In this document: piece after piece, positions 14,722-22,842 of the stretch
Position numbering within the stretch: the stretch's first letter is position 1
How the letters are laid out: every line of letters starts with the position of its first letter
Source: an uncultured Gammaproteobacteria bacterium
Lineage (GTDB): Bacteria > Patescibacteriota > Patescibacteriia > Magasanikbacterales > GWA2-37-8
Assembly: GCA_964570525.1 (NCBI GenBank)
Contig: CAZMYO010000007.1
Location: forward strand, 1 to 63,917
Length of the DNA stretch: 63,917 nt
Direction: 5' to 3'
The notes under the pieces: model-generated
Databases searched by the model: none
The model's input: the letters and a program-made list of their open reading frames with translations, nothing else
Told to the model about the DNA's origin: nothing
Position numbers and translations under genes: made by a program

Positions 14722-16002
14722 ATGACACATCAGCTTAAAAAATTAGAGCAATCGCAGGTGGAGTTGACGTTTACAATTGAACCGGCTGATTACAAAAAGG
14801 ATTTGGAAGCGGCCGCGGTGCGACTGTCGGAGCGCGCTGGCATTAAGGGTTTCCGGCCAGGCCACGCTCCTTACGAGGTGGTAAAGCAACAGGTGGGAGA
14901 AGCAAAAATAATGGAAGAAGCTTTGGAACATATTATACAAAAAACTTTTTTTATCGCGGTAAAGGAAGAAAAGATTGAAACTATCGGTATGCCGCAAATA
15001 GCGGTAGAAAAAATGGCGCCGGGCAACAATCTTGTGTACCGAGCGACGGTAGCCCTCCTCCCCAAAGTTACGCTGGCTGATTTTAATAAAATAAAGGTGG
15101 GGCGCAAGCCGATTGAGGCAGGTGAAAAGGAAGTTGGCGAGGCGCTGGAACATTTGCGAAAAATGCAGCCAAAAGAAATCGTTAAAGAGGGGTTGTCCGG
15201 CAAAGAAAACAAGGTAACGATTGACATGGACATGTTTATTGATAAAGTGCCGGTGGAAGGCGGCCAAACCAAAAACCACCAGGTCTATTTGAGCGAACCG
15301 CACTATATACCGGGCCTGGCCGAAGAGCTGGTTGGCTTGAAAAAGGCCGACACCAAAGAATTTACGCTAAAGTTTCCCAAGGAACATTACCAAAAACACC
15401 TGGCGGGGAGAGCGGTGGATTTCAAAATTAAAGTTAACGATGTTTTTGAATTAAACTACCCAGCTCTCGATGATGAGCTCGCTAAGATCTTGGGACAAGA
15501 GAATCTAGAAAAACTAAAAACGCTTTTACTGGCCAACCTTACCAGGGAAGCGGAAAGAAAAGAGGGTGAGCGCGTGGAAATCGCGCTTTTAGACGCGCTG
15601 ATTGAACAGAGCGAGTTTGAAACTATCCCCCAAGTTCTAATCGATGCTGAAAAAAGAAAAATGTTTTACGAATTAAAACACAGCCTGGACAATCAGGGCA
15701 TTGAGATGGAAAAATACTTGCGGGATATCAAAAAAACCGAAAAAGAAATTTTTGACGACTTCACGATACAAGCCGCCAAGCGCGCGAAGGCGGCTTTGCT
15801 TTCACGGCAAGTCGCGGCCACAAACAACATCGTCGTAGAAAAAGCCGAGCTGGACAAAGAAATTGCTTCAATTAAACAAGCTTACCCTGATGACAAAAAC
15901 GTGGAAGAGAATTTGAAGCGTCCCGAGGTTATTGACACCATCACCGCTACGGTACAAAATAGAAAGGTGCTGGAATTTCTTAAGAAAAAAATTTTGAACT
16001 AA
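14722..16002 (+). CDS. tig: trigger factor
   Basis: 426-aa acidic protein with the ribosome-binding signature GFRPGHAP near the N-terminus. Confidence 0.9.
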   Translation: MTHQLKKLEQSQVELTFTIEPADYKKDLEAAAVRLSERAGIKGFRPGHAPYEVVKQQVGEAKIMEEALEHIIQKTFFIAVKEEKIETIGMPQIAVEKMAPGNNLVYRATVALLPKVTLADFNKIKVGRKPIEAGEKEVGEALEHLRKMQPKEIVKEGLSGKENKVTIDMDMFIDKVPVEGGQTKNHQVYLSEPHYIPGLAEELVGLKKADTKEFTLKFPKEHYQKHLAGRAVDFKIKVNDVFELNYPALDDELAKILGQENLEKLKTLLLANLTREAERKEGERVEIALLDALIEQSEFETIPQVLIDAEKRKMFYELKHSLDNQGIEMEKYLRDIKKTEKEIFDDFTIQAAKRAKAALLSRQVAATNNIVVEKAELDKEIASIKQAYPDDKNVEENLKRPEVIDTITATVQNRKVLEFLKKKILN

Positions 16003-16009
16003 CAAACAT

Positions 16010-16327
16010 ATGGTCTCGGCGTGGCGTGCTCCAGAACGAATACTTCCAGACAAGGGTGATTTTGACCCGGAGGAAATGCGTGGAGAGCGGCTCCCCTCTT
16101 CGGAAGAGGTTGAGGCTCGTTTTAATGCGCTTGGCTTCAAAAAGGGCGATATTGTGGTTTCCACTTATGACCCGGAACGACAGTTGAAGATTGTCTCGTT
16201 TAATGTTTGGCATCGCGATCGTAAACCGTCTGAAATTTATATGATAACCGAACAAGTAATTGGCTTTGGGGGCAAAAGGATTTACTTGGAAGAGGTGGAA
16301 CGCAAATTAATAATAAAAAAGTCGTAG
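16010..16327 (+). CDS. hypothetical protein (105 aa)
   Basis: The ORF starts 8 nt after the tig stop. No clear SD site and no recognisable motif. Confidence 0.45.
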   Translation: MVSAWRAPERILPDKGDFDPEEMRGERLPSSEEVEARFNALGFKKGDIVVSTYDPERQLKIVSFNVWHRDRKPSEIYMITEQVIGFGGKRIYLEEVERKLIIKKS

Positions 16328-16339
16328 ATCGTTTTCTTT

Positions 16340-17179
16340 ATGTACTTCGGCGCGCATGTCTCTATCGCCGGCGGAATCTTTAATGCCCCGCTCAACGCGG
16401 CCGCTATTGGCTGCGAGGTGTTTCAAATGTTTACCCGCTCGCCGCGCGGCGGCCAGGTGAGCCCGCTTACCAAGGATGTTGTGGCTTTGTTTAAAAAAAA
16501 TTGTGAATTGACCGCGCAACGCGAGTGGTATATTCACACCCCCTACTTCATTCACTTTGCTTCCGGTAATAATCGTATTGCCTACGGTTCCATTTCGGTT
16601 GTTCGGGAAGAACTGGAACGCGGCACCATTCTCGGCGCTCGCTATGTGATGACACATCTCGGAAGTTATAAAGATTTGGGAAGAAAAAATGGTTTTATTC
16701 AGCTTGTTGGCGGCCTGGAGAAAACCCTGGCGGATTACCGCGGCAAGACCCGGCTCCTCATTGAAATTTCCACGGGATCGGGCGAAGTAATCGGCCGTTC
16801 GTTTGAAGAAATCGCCGAGATTGTTCATCATCCCAAACTAAAAAAGTATGACATTGGAGTGTGCCTGGATACCCAGCACGCCTTCGCGAGCGGCTACGAT
16901 ATTAGGACGCCGAAAGCGGTTAAGACAACGCTGGAAAAATTTGATGCCACCATTGGCCTCGATAAGCTGCGGCTATCGCACTGCAATGATTCTAAAGTAG
17001 AGTTTGAGTCTTACCGAGATCGCCACGAGCATCTTGGCGCTGGATTTATTGGGGAATCCGGTTTTGCCGCGCTTTTATCTAGCCCCCGGTTGCCGGATAT
17101 CAATTTTGTTTTGGAAACAGAGCCGGACGGAGTGCGCCAGGATTTAAAAATTTTAAAAGAAATCAGAAAAGTAATTTAA
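16340..17179 (+). CDS. nfo: endonuclease IV (AP endonuclease family 2)
   Basis: 279 aa with the pattern GAHVSIAGG, HTPYFIHFAS, THLGS, CLDTQHAF, LETEP, as in Nfo TIM-barrel enzymes. Confidence 0.9.
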   Translation: MYFGAHVSIAGGIFNAPLNAAAIGCEVFQMFTRSPRGGQVSPLTKDVVALFKKNCELTAQREWYIHTPYFIHFASGNNRIAYGSISVVREELERGTILGARYVMTHLGSYKDLGRKNGFIQLVGGLEKTLADYRGKTRLLIEISTGSGEVIGRSFEEIAEIVHHPKLKKYDIGVCLDTQHAFASGYDIRTPKAVKTTLEKFDATIGLDKLRLSHCNDSKVEFESYRDRHEHLGAGFIGESGFAALLSSPRLPDINFVLETEPDGVRQDLKILKEIRKVI

Positions 17180-17187
17180 AATAATTT

Positions 17188-17213
17188 GGCCCCCCGAAGT
17201 ACTTCGGGGGGCC
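17188..17213. terminator. bidirectional GC hairpin terminator
   Basis: ggccccccgaagtacttcggggggcc. Confidence 0.7.
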
Positions 17214-17228
17214 AGATTTGCGGCCGGA

Positions 17229-17459
17229 CTAAATGAAAATCTTCGGCCGCTGGAGGTAAAGGCGTTGATCAACGACTCGGTCGCCGCAGGCCATGCACAC
17301 CTGCTTCTTCCGGGCGCACTCGGCGCACCACTTCATCTTCGAATAAGGAGCGTTGTGCCCGCACAAGGCCGGACTCACTTGAGTGGTATACATATTGCCG
17401 CTACACGGCGGACAAAACCCCAATATCGACTTCTCTCCCTCGCTCCAGGTGCGTGCCAT
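17229..17459 (-). CDS. hypothetical zinc-ribbon protein (76 aa, GC-rich orphan)
   Basis: ATG at 17459 follows GGGAGG. Cys pairs are CPPC, CAEC and CMAC. Confidence 0.6.
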   Translation of the reverse strand: MARTWSEGEKSILGFCPPCSGNMYTTQVSPALCGHNAPYSKMKWCAECARKKQVCMACGDRVVDQRLYLQRPKIFI

Positions 17460-17566
17460 GTTGTGTCCTCCCGTTTTTTTGCTGATCTGTTCTGGCCGCC
17501 AGCTTCGCCCATCCACCAGCTGGCAGATTCGGGCTAACAATAATACAACTTGCTAAAATTGTCAAT

Positions 17567-17821
17567 ATGCCGGAAAAAATAATTAAAGTTCGCGTCCTCC
17601 CTCGCTCTTCAAAAAATGAGGTGGTCGGAATAATGGCCGATGGCTCGCTCAAAATCAAATTAACCGCGCCACCGGTAGACGGCAAAGCTAACGAAGCGTT
17701 AATTGAACTGTTGAGTGAACGCTTTAATGTCCCTAAAAATAAAATAACAGTCCGAAGAGGACTGCGAAGCAAGAATAAGGTGGTGGAGATACGCGCTGTC
17801 ATTGCGAGGAGCGAAGCATGA
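17567..17821 (+). CDS. DUF167 (YggU) family protein
   Basis: LKIKLTAPPVDGKANEALIELLSERF is the family signature. The last ~8 codons (AVIARSEA) are read out of a palindromic repeat element. Confidence 0.8.
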   Translation: MPEKIIKVRVLPRSSKNEVVGIMADGSLKIKLTAPPVDGKANEALIELLSERFNVPKNKITVRRGLRSKNKVVEIRAVIARSEA

Positions 17822-17882
17822 GCGACGAAGCAATCTCTTTGTCTGGGGGATTGCCGCGCTCCCTGCGGTCGCTCGCAATGAC
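17798..17882. repeat. ~85-nt palindromic element with GTCATTGCGAG...CTCGCAATGAC termini
   Basis: The terminal inverted repeats and the inner gcaatc/gattgc pairing were read directly. It belongs to the same family as 50794-50904. Confidence 0.8.
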
Positions 17883-17891
17883 ACTGCTGGT

Positions 17892-18173
17892 CTACGGAGC
17901 ATCTACCCCGCCTTTGCTCCATGGATTACATCGTAAAACTCTCCAAATAGTTTTTGGCAAGCCAACAAATAGGCCGTTTTTTTTTATTACTTGATAGCTG
18001 TACTCACTGCAGGTGGGGTAAAAGCGGCAGTAACCATGTGAAAAGAGCCTGCGCAACAGCCCATGGTCTGGTGAAATTGTTTTTTGATAAATTTTTATAA
18101 GCAATAAAATTGGCGTTCTTGGCAGAAATAAGAGAAATTTTATCACCTTGGTTACATTTTTCATAATTTCCAA
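17892..18173 (-). CDS. yidD: membrane protein insertion efficiency factor YidD
   Basis: CRFYPTCSEY signature and ...RCNPWSKGG. Confidence 0.9.
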   Translation of the reverse strand: MEIMKNVTKVIKFLLFLPRTPILLLIKIYQKTISPDHGLLRRLFSHGYCRFYPTCSEYSYQVIKKNGLFVGLPKTIWRVLRCNPWSKGGVDAP

Positions 18174-18240
18174 TATCTATTATCCAATAACCAATATCTT
18201 TCTGCTTAATTTTCCAAATATTGGACATTGGATATTGTTG

Positions 18241-18636
18241 CTAGACTACAAAAACCCCGCTTCTTTTCAATAATAATTCTACTTCTTGGCTAATTTCAGC
18301 AAAACTTTTTTCTAAAATGCTTGGGCGGGCAACGAACAATAGATAATAGCCTGCTTTTAGTTGGCCGTCTTTAATAAGAAGCCGTACTGCTTCTCGGAGC
18401 TGGCGCTTGGCGCGGTTTCTTTTTACCGCGCTTTTGGAAATTTTTAAACCAACCGTAAAGGCTAGTCTTAGCTGATTTTTGAACTTATCCGGGTCTTCGC
18501 GCGGCGGAAAATACTTTTGATTATTGCCTAAGTTAAGGGTCTTTACATCTAAAAACTGGCCGTTTATCCAGCGGCCATGTTTAATAATAAGATTAAAGTC
18601 GCGTACTTTAGCGAGTCGGTTTTCTTTTTGAAGCAT
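18241..18636 (-). CDS. rnpA: ribonuclease P protein component
   Basis: 131-aa basic protein with the KRNRAKRQLREA (RNR) motif. It lies directly downstream of rpmH, the usual order. Confidence 0.9.
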   Translation of the reverse strand: MLQKENRLAKVRDFNLIIKHGRWINGQFLDVKTLNLGNNQKYFPPREDPDKFKNQLRLAFTVGLKISKSAVKRNRAKRQLREAVRLLIKDGQLKAGYYLLFVARPSILEKSFAEISQEVELLLKRSGVFVV

Positions 18637-18696
18637 ATTCTTGGTGTATTATAACACACTAAACAAAACTACCCCTCGCGGGGCAGCTGTTGAGTC

Positions 18697-18876
18697 TTAC
18701 CTTTTATAGCGACGAAGTTTTCCGGTGATTTCGTCGGCAACCGTAAGCTTCTTCCTGCCCTTGGCGCGACGTCGAGACAGCACCGCTCTTCCTTGTTTGG
18801 TGCTCATGCGCTTTCTAAATCCGTGAGACCTGGCGCGTTTGCGTTTCTTTGGTTGATAAGTTCGTTTGGTAGACAT
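18697..18876 (-). CDS. rpmH: 50S ribosomal protein L34 (59 aa, below the ORF-track threshold)
   Basis: Hand translation gives [59 protein letters not shown]. Confidence 0.9.
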   Translation of the reverse strand: MSTKRTYQPKKRKRARSHGFRKRMSTKQGRAVLSRRRAKGRKKLTVADEITGKLRRYKR

Positions 18877-18903
18877 ACAGAGATTTATTAGAACAATGCT
18901 TAC

Positions 18904-18932
18904 ATACTACACTACTGACTTGAAAAAGTCAA
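18904..18932 (-). promoter_or_regulatory. sigma70-like promoter (TTGACT-N17-TAGTAT) for rpmH
   Basis: Read on the minus strand. The -10 lies ~27 nt upstream of the rpmH ATG. Confidence 0.6.
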
Positions 18933-18939
18933 CTCCGCC

Positions 18940-18968
18940 TTGACAGCCGTCCTACTTTCTGCTACACT
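18940..18968 (+). promoter_or_regulatory. sigma70-like promoter (TTGACA-N17-TACACT), divergent from rpmH
   Basis: Perfect -35 with 17-nt spacing. It would drive the 19166 orphan with a ~190-nt leader containing a CCTCCCC..GGGGAGG hairpin. Confidence 0.55.
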
Positions 18969-19165
18969 TTGTTGTTATGATAGTGTCAAAGTAGTAGTTC
19001 TTTTCACAATTTTCCCCAGTTTTCCTTATAGTTTACTTTAACGTCCTCCCCTAAAAGGGGAGGGAACTTTGAAAGTAAGTTGCAAGGAAGGCTGGGAATG
19101 GTTCCCTACCAACCGCCTGGAGAAAGTCTCGAGCTTTCCGCTTGAGATATGCCAAGGAGATGACC

Positions 19166-19600
19166 ATGGGAGAGAAGAAGATGGAGTCCGAGCCGGCCCC
19201 GAAGCGGTGCCTCTCGAGCGACATCGCCGCGAAGTACCGCTATACCGTTGTGGAGGATCTCGACGAGCCCACGAAGTTCCAGATGAGCGAGCTCGAGTAC
19301 ATCGGGTTCCTTGATGGCAGCAAGACGTACGTGAACGGCAAGACGATGCGCGAGCGCGCGAAGAAGCTCAAGGCGGAGTTCAGCCTGGTCGACGGCATCT
19401 ACATGCTGGAACACCAGGATAAGATCCCGGCGGAGATGCGTGGCAAGCAGTACATCGTCCTCTCCGGCACTCTTCTGCGGGGCTCGGGTGGCCGCCTGCG
19501 CATGGCCTGCCTCTACGGGGATGGCTCGCAGTGGAGGCTGCGCTTCTGCTGGATCAAGAACGACTGGTGCGGCTGCAGCCGTCTGCCGCGTCGCAAGTAG
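19166..19600 (+). CDS. hypothetical protein (144 aa, strongly GC-rich orphan between rpmH and dnaA)
   Basis: ATG lies 6 nt after AAGGAG. Third codon positions are G/C-rich. No recognisable motif. Several overlapping shadow ORFs are typical of a GC-rich insert. Confidence 0.65.
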   Translation: MGEKKMESEPAPKRCLSSDIAAKYRYTVVEDLDEPTKFQMSELEYIGFLDGSKTYVNGKTMRERAKKLKAEFSLVDGIYMLEHQDKIPAEMRGKQYIVLSGTLLRGSGGRLRMACLYGDGSQWRLRFCWIKNDWCGCSRLPRRK

Positions 19601-19677
19601 GCTCTGGGACACTCGGTACCTGGGCACTGTCACAAAACGGTGTCTCGGTCACTCGGGTCCCTTGGCCTTCGTTTCAA

Positions 19678-19740
19678 CCCGCACTGGTACGATTTCGACG
19701 ATGTTCGTCGGAGTCTGCCGGTGCGGGTGTTCTGTTTTTA
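19678..19740 (+). terminator. terminator-like long hairpin plus T-run
   Basis: cccgcac...gtgcggg stem with an inner tcgacg..cgtcgg pairing, followed by tgttctgttttta. Confidence 0.5.
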
Positions 19741-19843
19741 TACAAATGTTTCAAATTTTTTATAATCAATTTGTATCCAACCCAACCCGCAATACAACCT
19801 CGCCCTAGACAAGCGACGGCGCTTGGGGTACAGTGAGGTTCTG

Positions 19844-19863
19844 TTGTCCACAGTTTTTCCACA
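19844..19863. promoter_or_regulatory. two DnaA-box-like sites upstream of dnaA
   Basis: ttgtccaca and ttttccaca each match TTATCCACA at 8 of 9 positions. Confidence 0.55.
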
Positions 19864-19963
19864 TTTTTAGTTACTCTTTTAAACAAAAAATCTTTGTTTT
19901 TAAATGGGCCTGTGGTAGACTTACTTCACTATTGTTTTGCAATGTTTCTTCTCTTTTTACTTT

Positions 19964-21367
19964 ATGAACAACAACGAGCTTTGGCAGGCAGTCTTGGCTG
20001 AACTAGAACTTGCAATTTCCCGGGCTAATTTTGTTACCTGGTTCAAAAGCACGGGAATAGTCGCGAATCAACAGGGCCAAGTTATCTTGTGTGTTCCCAA
20101 TGCCTTTACCAGGGCCTGGCTCGAAAAAAAATATCACCAAATCATCATTAAATCTTTAGAGAGAATCACCGGTAAGCCCATTAAAAAAATCGAGTATAAA
20201 ATTGATAACATCAAAAATTTTATCGCTGAACAAGCTCTTGCTTCGACCCTCCCCTCCGGGGAGGGGGAGGGCCGCCCGGCCGAAGCCGCCTCCTACAGCC
20301 CGGCCGCCGCGGCCAAAAGCGCGCACAGCAACGGCGGATTTACTTTGAACCAAAAATATAACTTTGACAATTTCGTCGTGGGCAAGGGCAGCGAGCTCGC
20401 CTATGCTGCCGCGCAAGCGGTAGCCTCCCGCCCAGGAGAAGCCTACAATCCGCTATTCATCTACGGCGGAGTGGGACTGGGAAAAACCCATCTGCTTCAA
20501 GCGATTGGCAACGAAATCCTCAAAAAAAATCCCTCCGTTAACGTTATGTACGTGAGCGCCGAAAAATTCGGCAACGATTTTATTAGTTCCATACGCGACA
20601 AAACCGCTAAAGACTTCCAAACCCGCTACCGCCATATTGATGTGCTTCTAATTGACGATATTCAGTTCATTGCCGGCAAAGTAGAAACCCAAGAATCGTT
20701 TTTTCACACCTTTAACGAACTCCACCAACAAAATAAACAGGTTATTCTCACCTCCGATCGCCCGCCCAAAGCTATTCCGGCGCTTGAAGAGAGGCTTAAA
20801 TCACGGTTTGAGTGGGGTATGATTGCCGATGTTTCAGCTCCTGATTTTGAAACCAGGGTGGCTATCTTAGAGAAAAAATGCGCAGAAAAAAACTTTCCTT
20901 TGCCGATAAAAATTCTCCAAACCGTCGCTCTTACTGTTCAAAGCAATATCCGCGAACTTGAAGGCGCTCTCAATAAAATTATTGTCTTTCATCAGCTGAA
21001 GAATATTGAGCCTACGATTGAATCGGTGAAAAACCTTTTGATTAATTTGACCGCCTCTTCTCATCGCCAGTCGCTTACTCCCCTACAGCTTCTTGAGTCG
21101 GTGGGGAATTTCTACAGCCTTTCTCGCGATGAAATTTTAGGTAAAAATCGCGAAAAGAAAATCTCTCTGCCTCGCCAAATTATTATGTTCCTGATGCGCG
21201 AAGAGCTTAAAATGTCCTATCCCGCCATTGGCGAAGTGCTCGGCGGGCGAGATCACACCACTGCCATGCACGCCCATCAAAAAATTCTTAGAGAGACCGA
21301 GAATGACTTAAGGCTAAAACAGGAGCTTGAACTTTTAAAACAGCGTCTATACATAAACAACATTTAA
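19964..21367 (+). CDS. dnaA: chromosomal replication initiator DnaA
   Basis: Walker A GGVGLGKTHL, Walker B LLIDDIQF and the C-terminal DNA-binding helix region (GRDHTTAMHAHQKI). ATG at 19964 (MNNNELWQ) is preferred. Confidence 0.95.
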   Translation: MNNNELWQAVLAELELAISRANFVTWFKSTGIVANQQGQVILCVPNAFTRAWLEKKYHQIIIKSLERITGKPIKKIEYKIDNIKNFIAEQALASTLPSGEGEGRPAEAASYSPAAAAKSAHSNGGFTLNQKYNFDNFVVGKGSELAYAAAQAVASRPGEAYNPLFIYGGVGLGKTHLLQAIGNEILKKNPSVNVMYVSAEKFGNDFISSIRDKTAKDFQTRYRHIDVLLIDDIQFIAGKVETQESFFHTFNELHQQNKQVILTSDRPPKAIPALEERLKSRFEWGMIADVSAPDFETRVAILEKKCAEKNFPLPIKILQTVALTVQSNIRELEGALNKIIVFHQLKNIEPTIESVKNLLINLTASSHRQSLTPLQLLESVGNFYSLSRDEILGKNREKKISLPRQIIMFLMREELKMSYPAIGEVLGGRDHTTAMHAHQKILRETENDLRLKQELELLKQRLYINNI

Positions 21368-21641
21368 CTGTTCATAACTATGTGGGTGAACTGTCAACAA
21401 ATAACTGATAACCAGATAATTTTATTAGCTGAATTAATCCCAGATTTGAACGGTTGTCCACAACGATTACGAAAGACAAATTTTTTATCCACGATGTCTG
21501 CAACATTTGTCCAGAAGCAGACGCCGGCTGTGCACAACGCAAACCATCTTGGTTAGCGCAAAAACGAAGTTTTCCCCTTTGTCCACAGCCCTTATTATTA
21601 CTATTATTTTTATATATAATATAACACTCACGCCACCACAT
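21368..21641. other. candidate oriC (dnaA-dnaN intergenic region with DnaA boxes and an AT-rich unwinding stretch)
   Basis: Boxes ttgtccaca (21454), ttatccacg (21485) and ttgtccaca (21579). AT-rich run cttattattactattatttttatatataatataac at 21591-21626. Confidence 0.55.
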
Positions 21642-22766
21642 ATGAAAATTTCTTGTACTAAAGAAAACTTATCGCGAGCGCTATCCTTGGTAAGCGGCGT
21701 AACCGGAAAAAATGTCAACCTTCCCATTCTAAACAATGTGTTGCTTCGGGCAACGGAACAAAAAGTAGAGGTGGCAGCGACCAATCTTGAACTAGCCTTG
21801 GTTGTTTCTCTTCGATCAAAAATTGAAGAGCCGGGCGCGTTTACCGTGCCCGCCCGAACACTCACAGATTTTGTCAGTCTCTTGCCAAACGAAAAAATTG
21901 ACTTAGAATTGAAAGAAAACGAACTTTTGGTGCGTTGCGGAAAGTCATCTACTAAAATAAAGGGTTCCTCGGCCGAGGATTTTCCGGTTATTCCCACCAT
22001 GGAGGGTGGAGAAGGTTTTGTGGTAGAAGCCGTTGAGTTCAGAGAAGGCTTAAACAAGGTTTTGCCCGCCGCGGCCAAGAACGATATCCGCCCGGAACTG
22101 GCCGGCATATTCTTTGGTTTTAACAACCCCGATCGGCCGGGGCTCGTGATGGCGGCAACCGATAGTTACCGCTTAGCCGAGAAAAAGGTTGTTTTGAAAC
22201 AAGGGACGGGAGCGGTTAAGACGGTGGTGCCGGGCCGCACCGCTCAAGAGATGAGTCACATTTTAACGGTTACCGACGAATCGTTTCCGGAGACGAGCGC
22301 CCGCATTTTAGTGGGAGAAAACCAAATAATGGTAAATTACGGCAGCGCCCAGCTGATTTCACGTTTGGTTGAGGGGCAATATCCAGACTATACACAAATT
22401 ATCCCCAAAAGCTTTAAGACTACCGCCGAGATCAACACGGCCCAAATGGTAAAAGAAATGAAGGCGGCCGGCCTATTTACCACATCCGGCGTGAACGCGG
22501 TTTCTTTGGCTTTAAAGCCGGGAACGGGGACTATTGAGATTAACTCTACCTCAACCCAGACCGGGGAGTACGCTTCGGAAATATCCGCGGAAATTACCGG
22601 GGAAGAGAACACGGCGCTGTTAAACAATCGCTATGTGTTAGACGGCCTCAATAATATGAGTTCGGAAGAGGTTGTTTTAAAAATGATTAACGGCGACAGT
22701 CCCTGCATCTTAATGCCGAAAGACGATGATAATTATTTATATATTGTGATGCCGATACGGCAGTAA
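21642..22766 (+). CDS. dnaN: DNA polymerase III beta sliding clamp
   Basis: 374 aa, from MKISCTKENLSRALS... to ...YLYIVMPIRQ. Position directly after dnaA. ATG at 21642 was chosen because the track ORF start at 21507 would cover the oriC-like spacer. Confidence 0.92.
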   Translation: MKISCTKENLSRALSLVSGVTGKNVNLPILNNVLLRATEQKVEVAATNLELALVVSLRSKIEEPGAFTVPARTLTDFVSLLPNEKIDLELKENELLVRCGKSSTKIKGSSAEDFPVIPTMEGGEGFVVEAVEFREGLNKVLPAAAKNDIRPELAGIFFGFNNPDRPGLVMAATDSYRLAEKKVVLKQGTGAVKTVVPGRTAQEMSHILTVTDESFPETSARILVGENQIMVNYGSAQLISRLVEGQYPDYTQIIPKSFKTTAEINTAQMVKEMKAAGLFTTSGVNAVSLALKPGTGTIEINSTSTQTGEYASEISAEITGEENTALLNNRYVLDGLNNMSSEEVVLKMINGDSPCILMPKDDDNYLYIVMPIRQ

Positions 22767-22795
22767 CGATGGTGAAAGACTCAAAACCGGAAGAA

Positions 22796-22831
22796 TAAAA
22801 AAACATCCCGACTAAGCCGGGATGTTTTTTG
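22796..22831. terminator. bidirectional terminator between dnaN and nrdB
   Basis: aaaaaaacatcccgactaagccgggatgttttttg. Confidence 0.8.
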
Positions 22832-22842
22832 GTGTTATGATT

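Noticed and set aside
19106-19633. 175-aa minus-strand ORF and other overlapping frames in the rpmH-dnaA insert
   Set aside because: These are shadow frames of the GC-rich 19166..19600 gene. Only the plus-strand frame has an SD site, a promoter and a terminator in the right places.
21507-21641. N-terminal extension of the dnaN track ORF
   Set aside because: It would translate the DnaA-box/AT-rich spacer. The beta clamp begins at MKISCTKENL.
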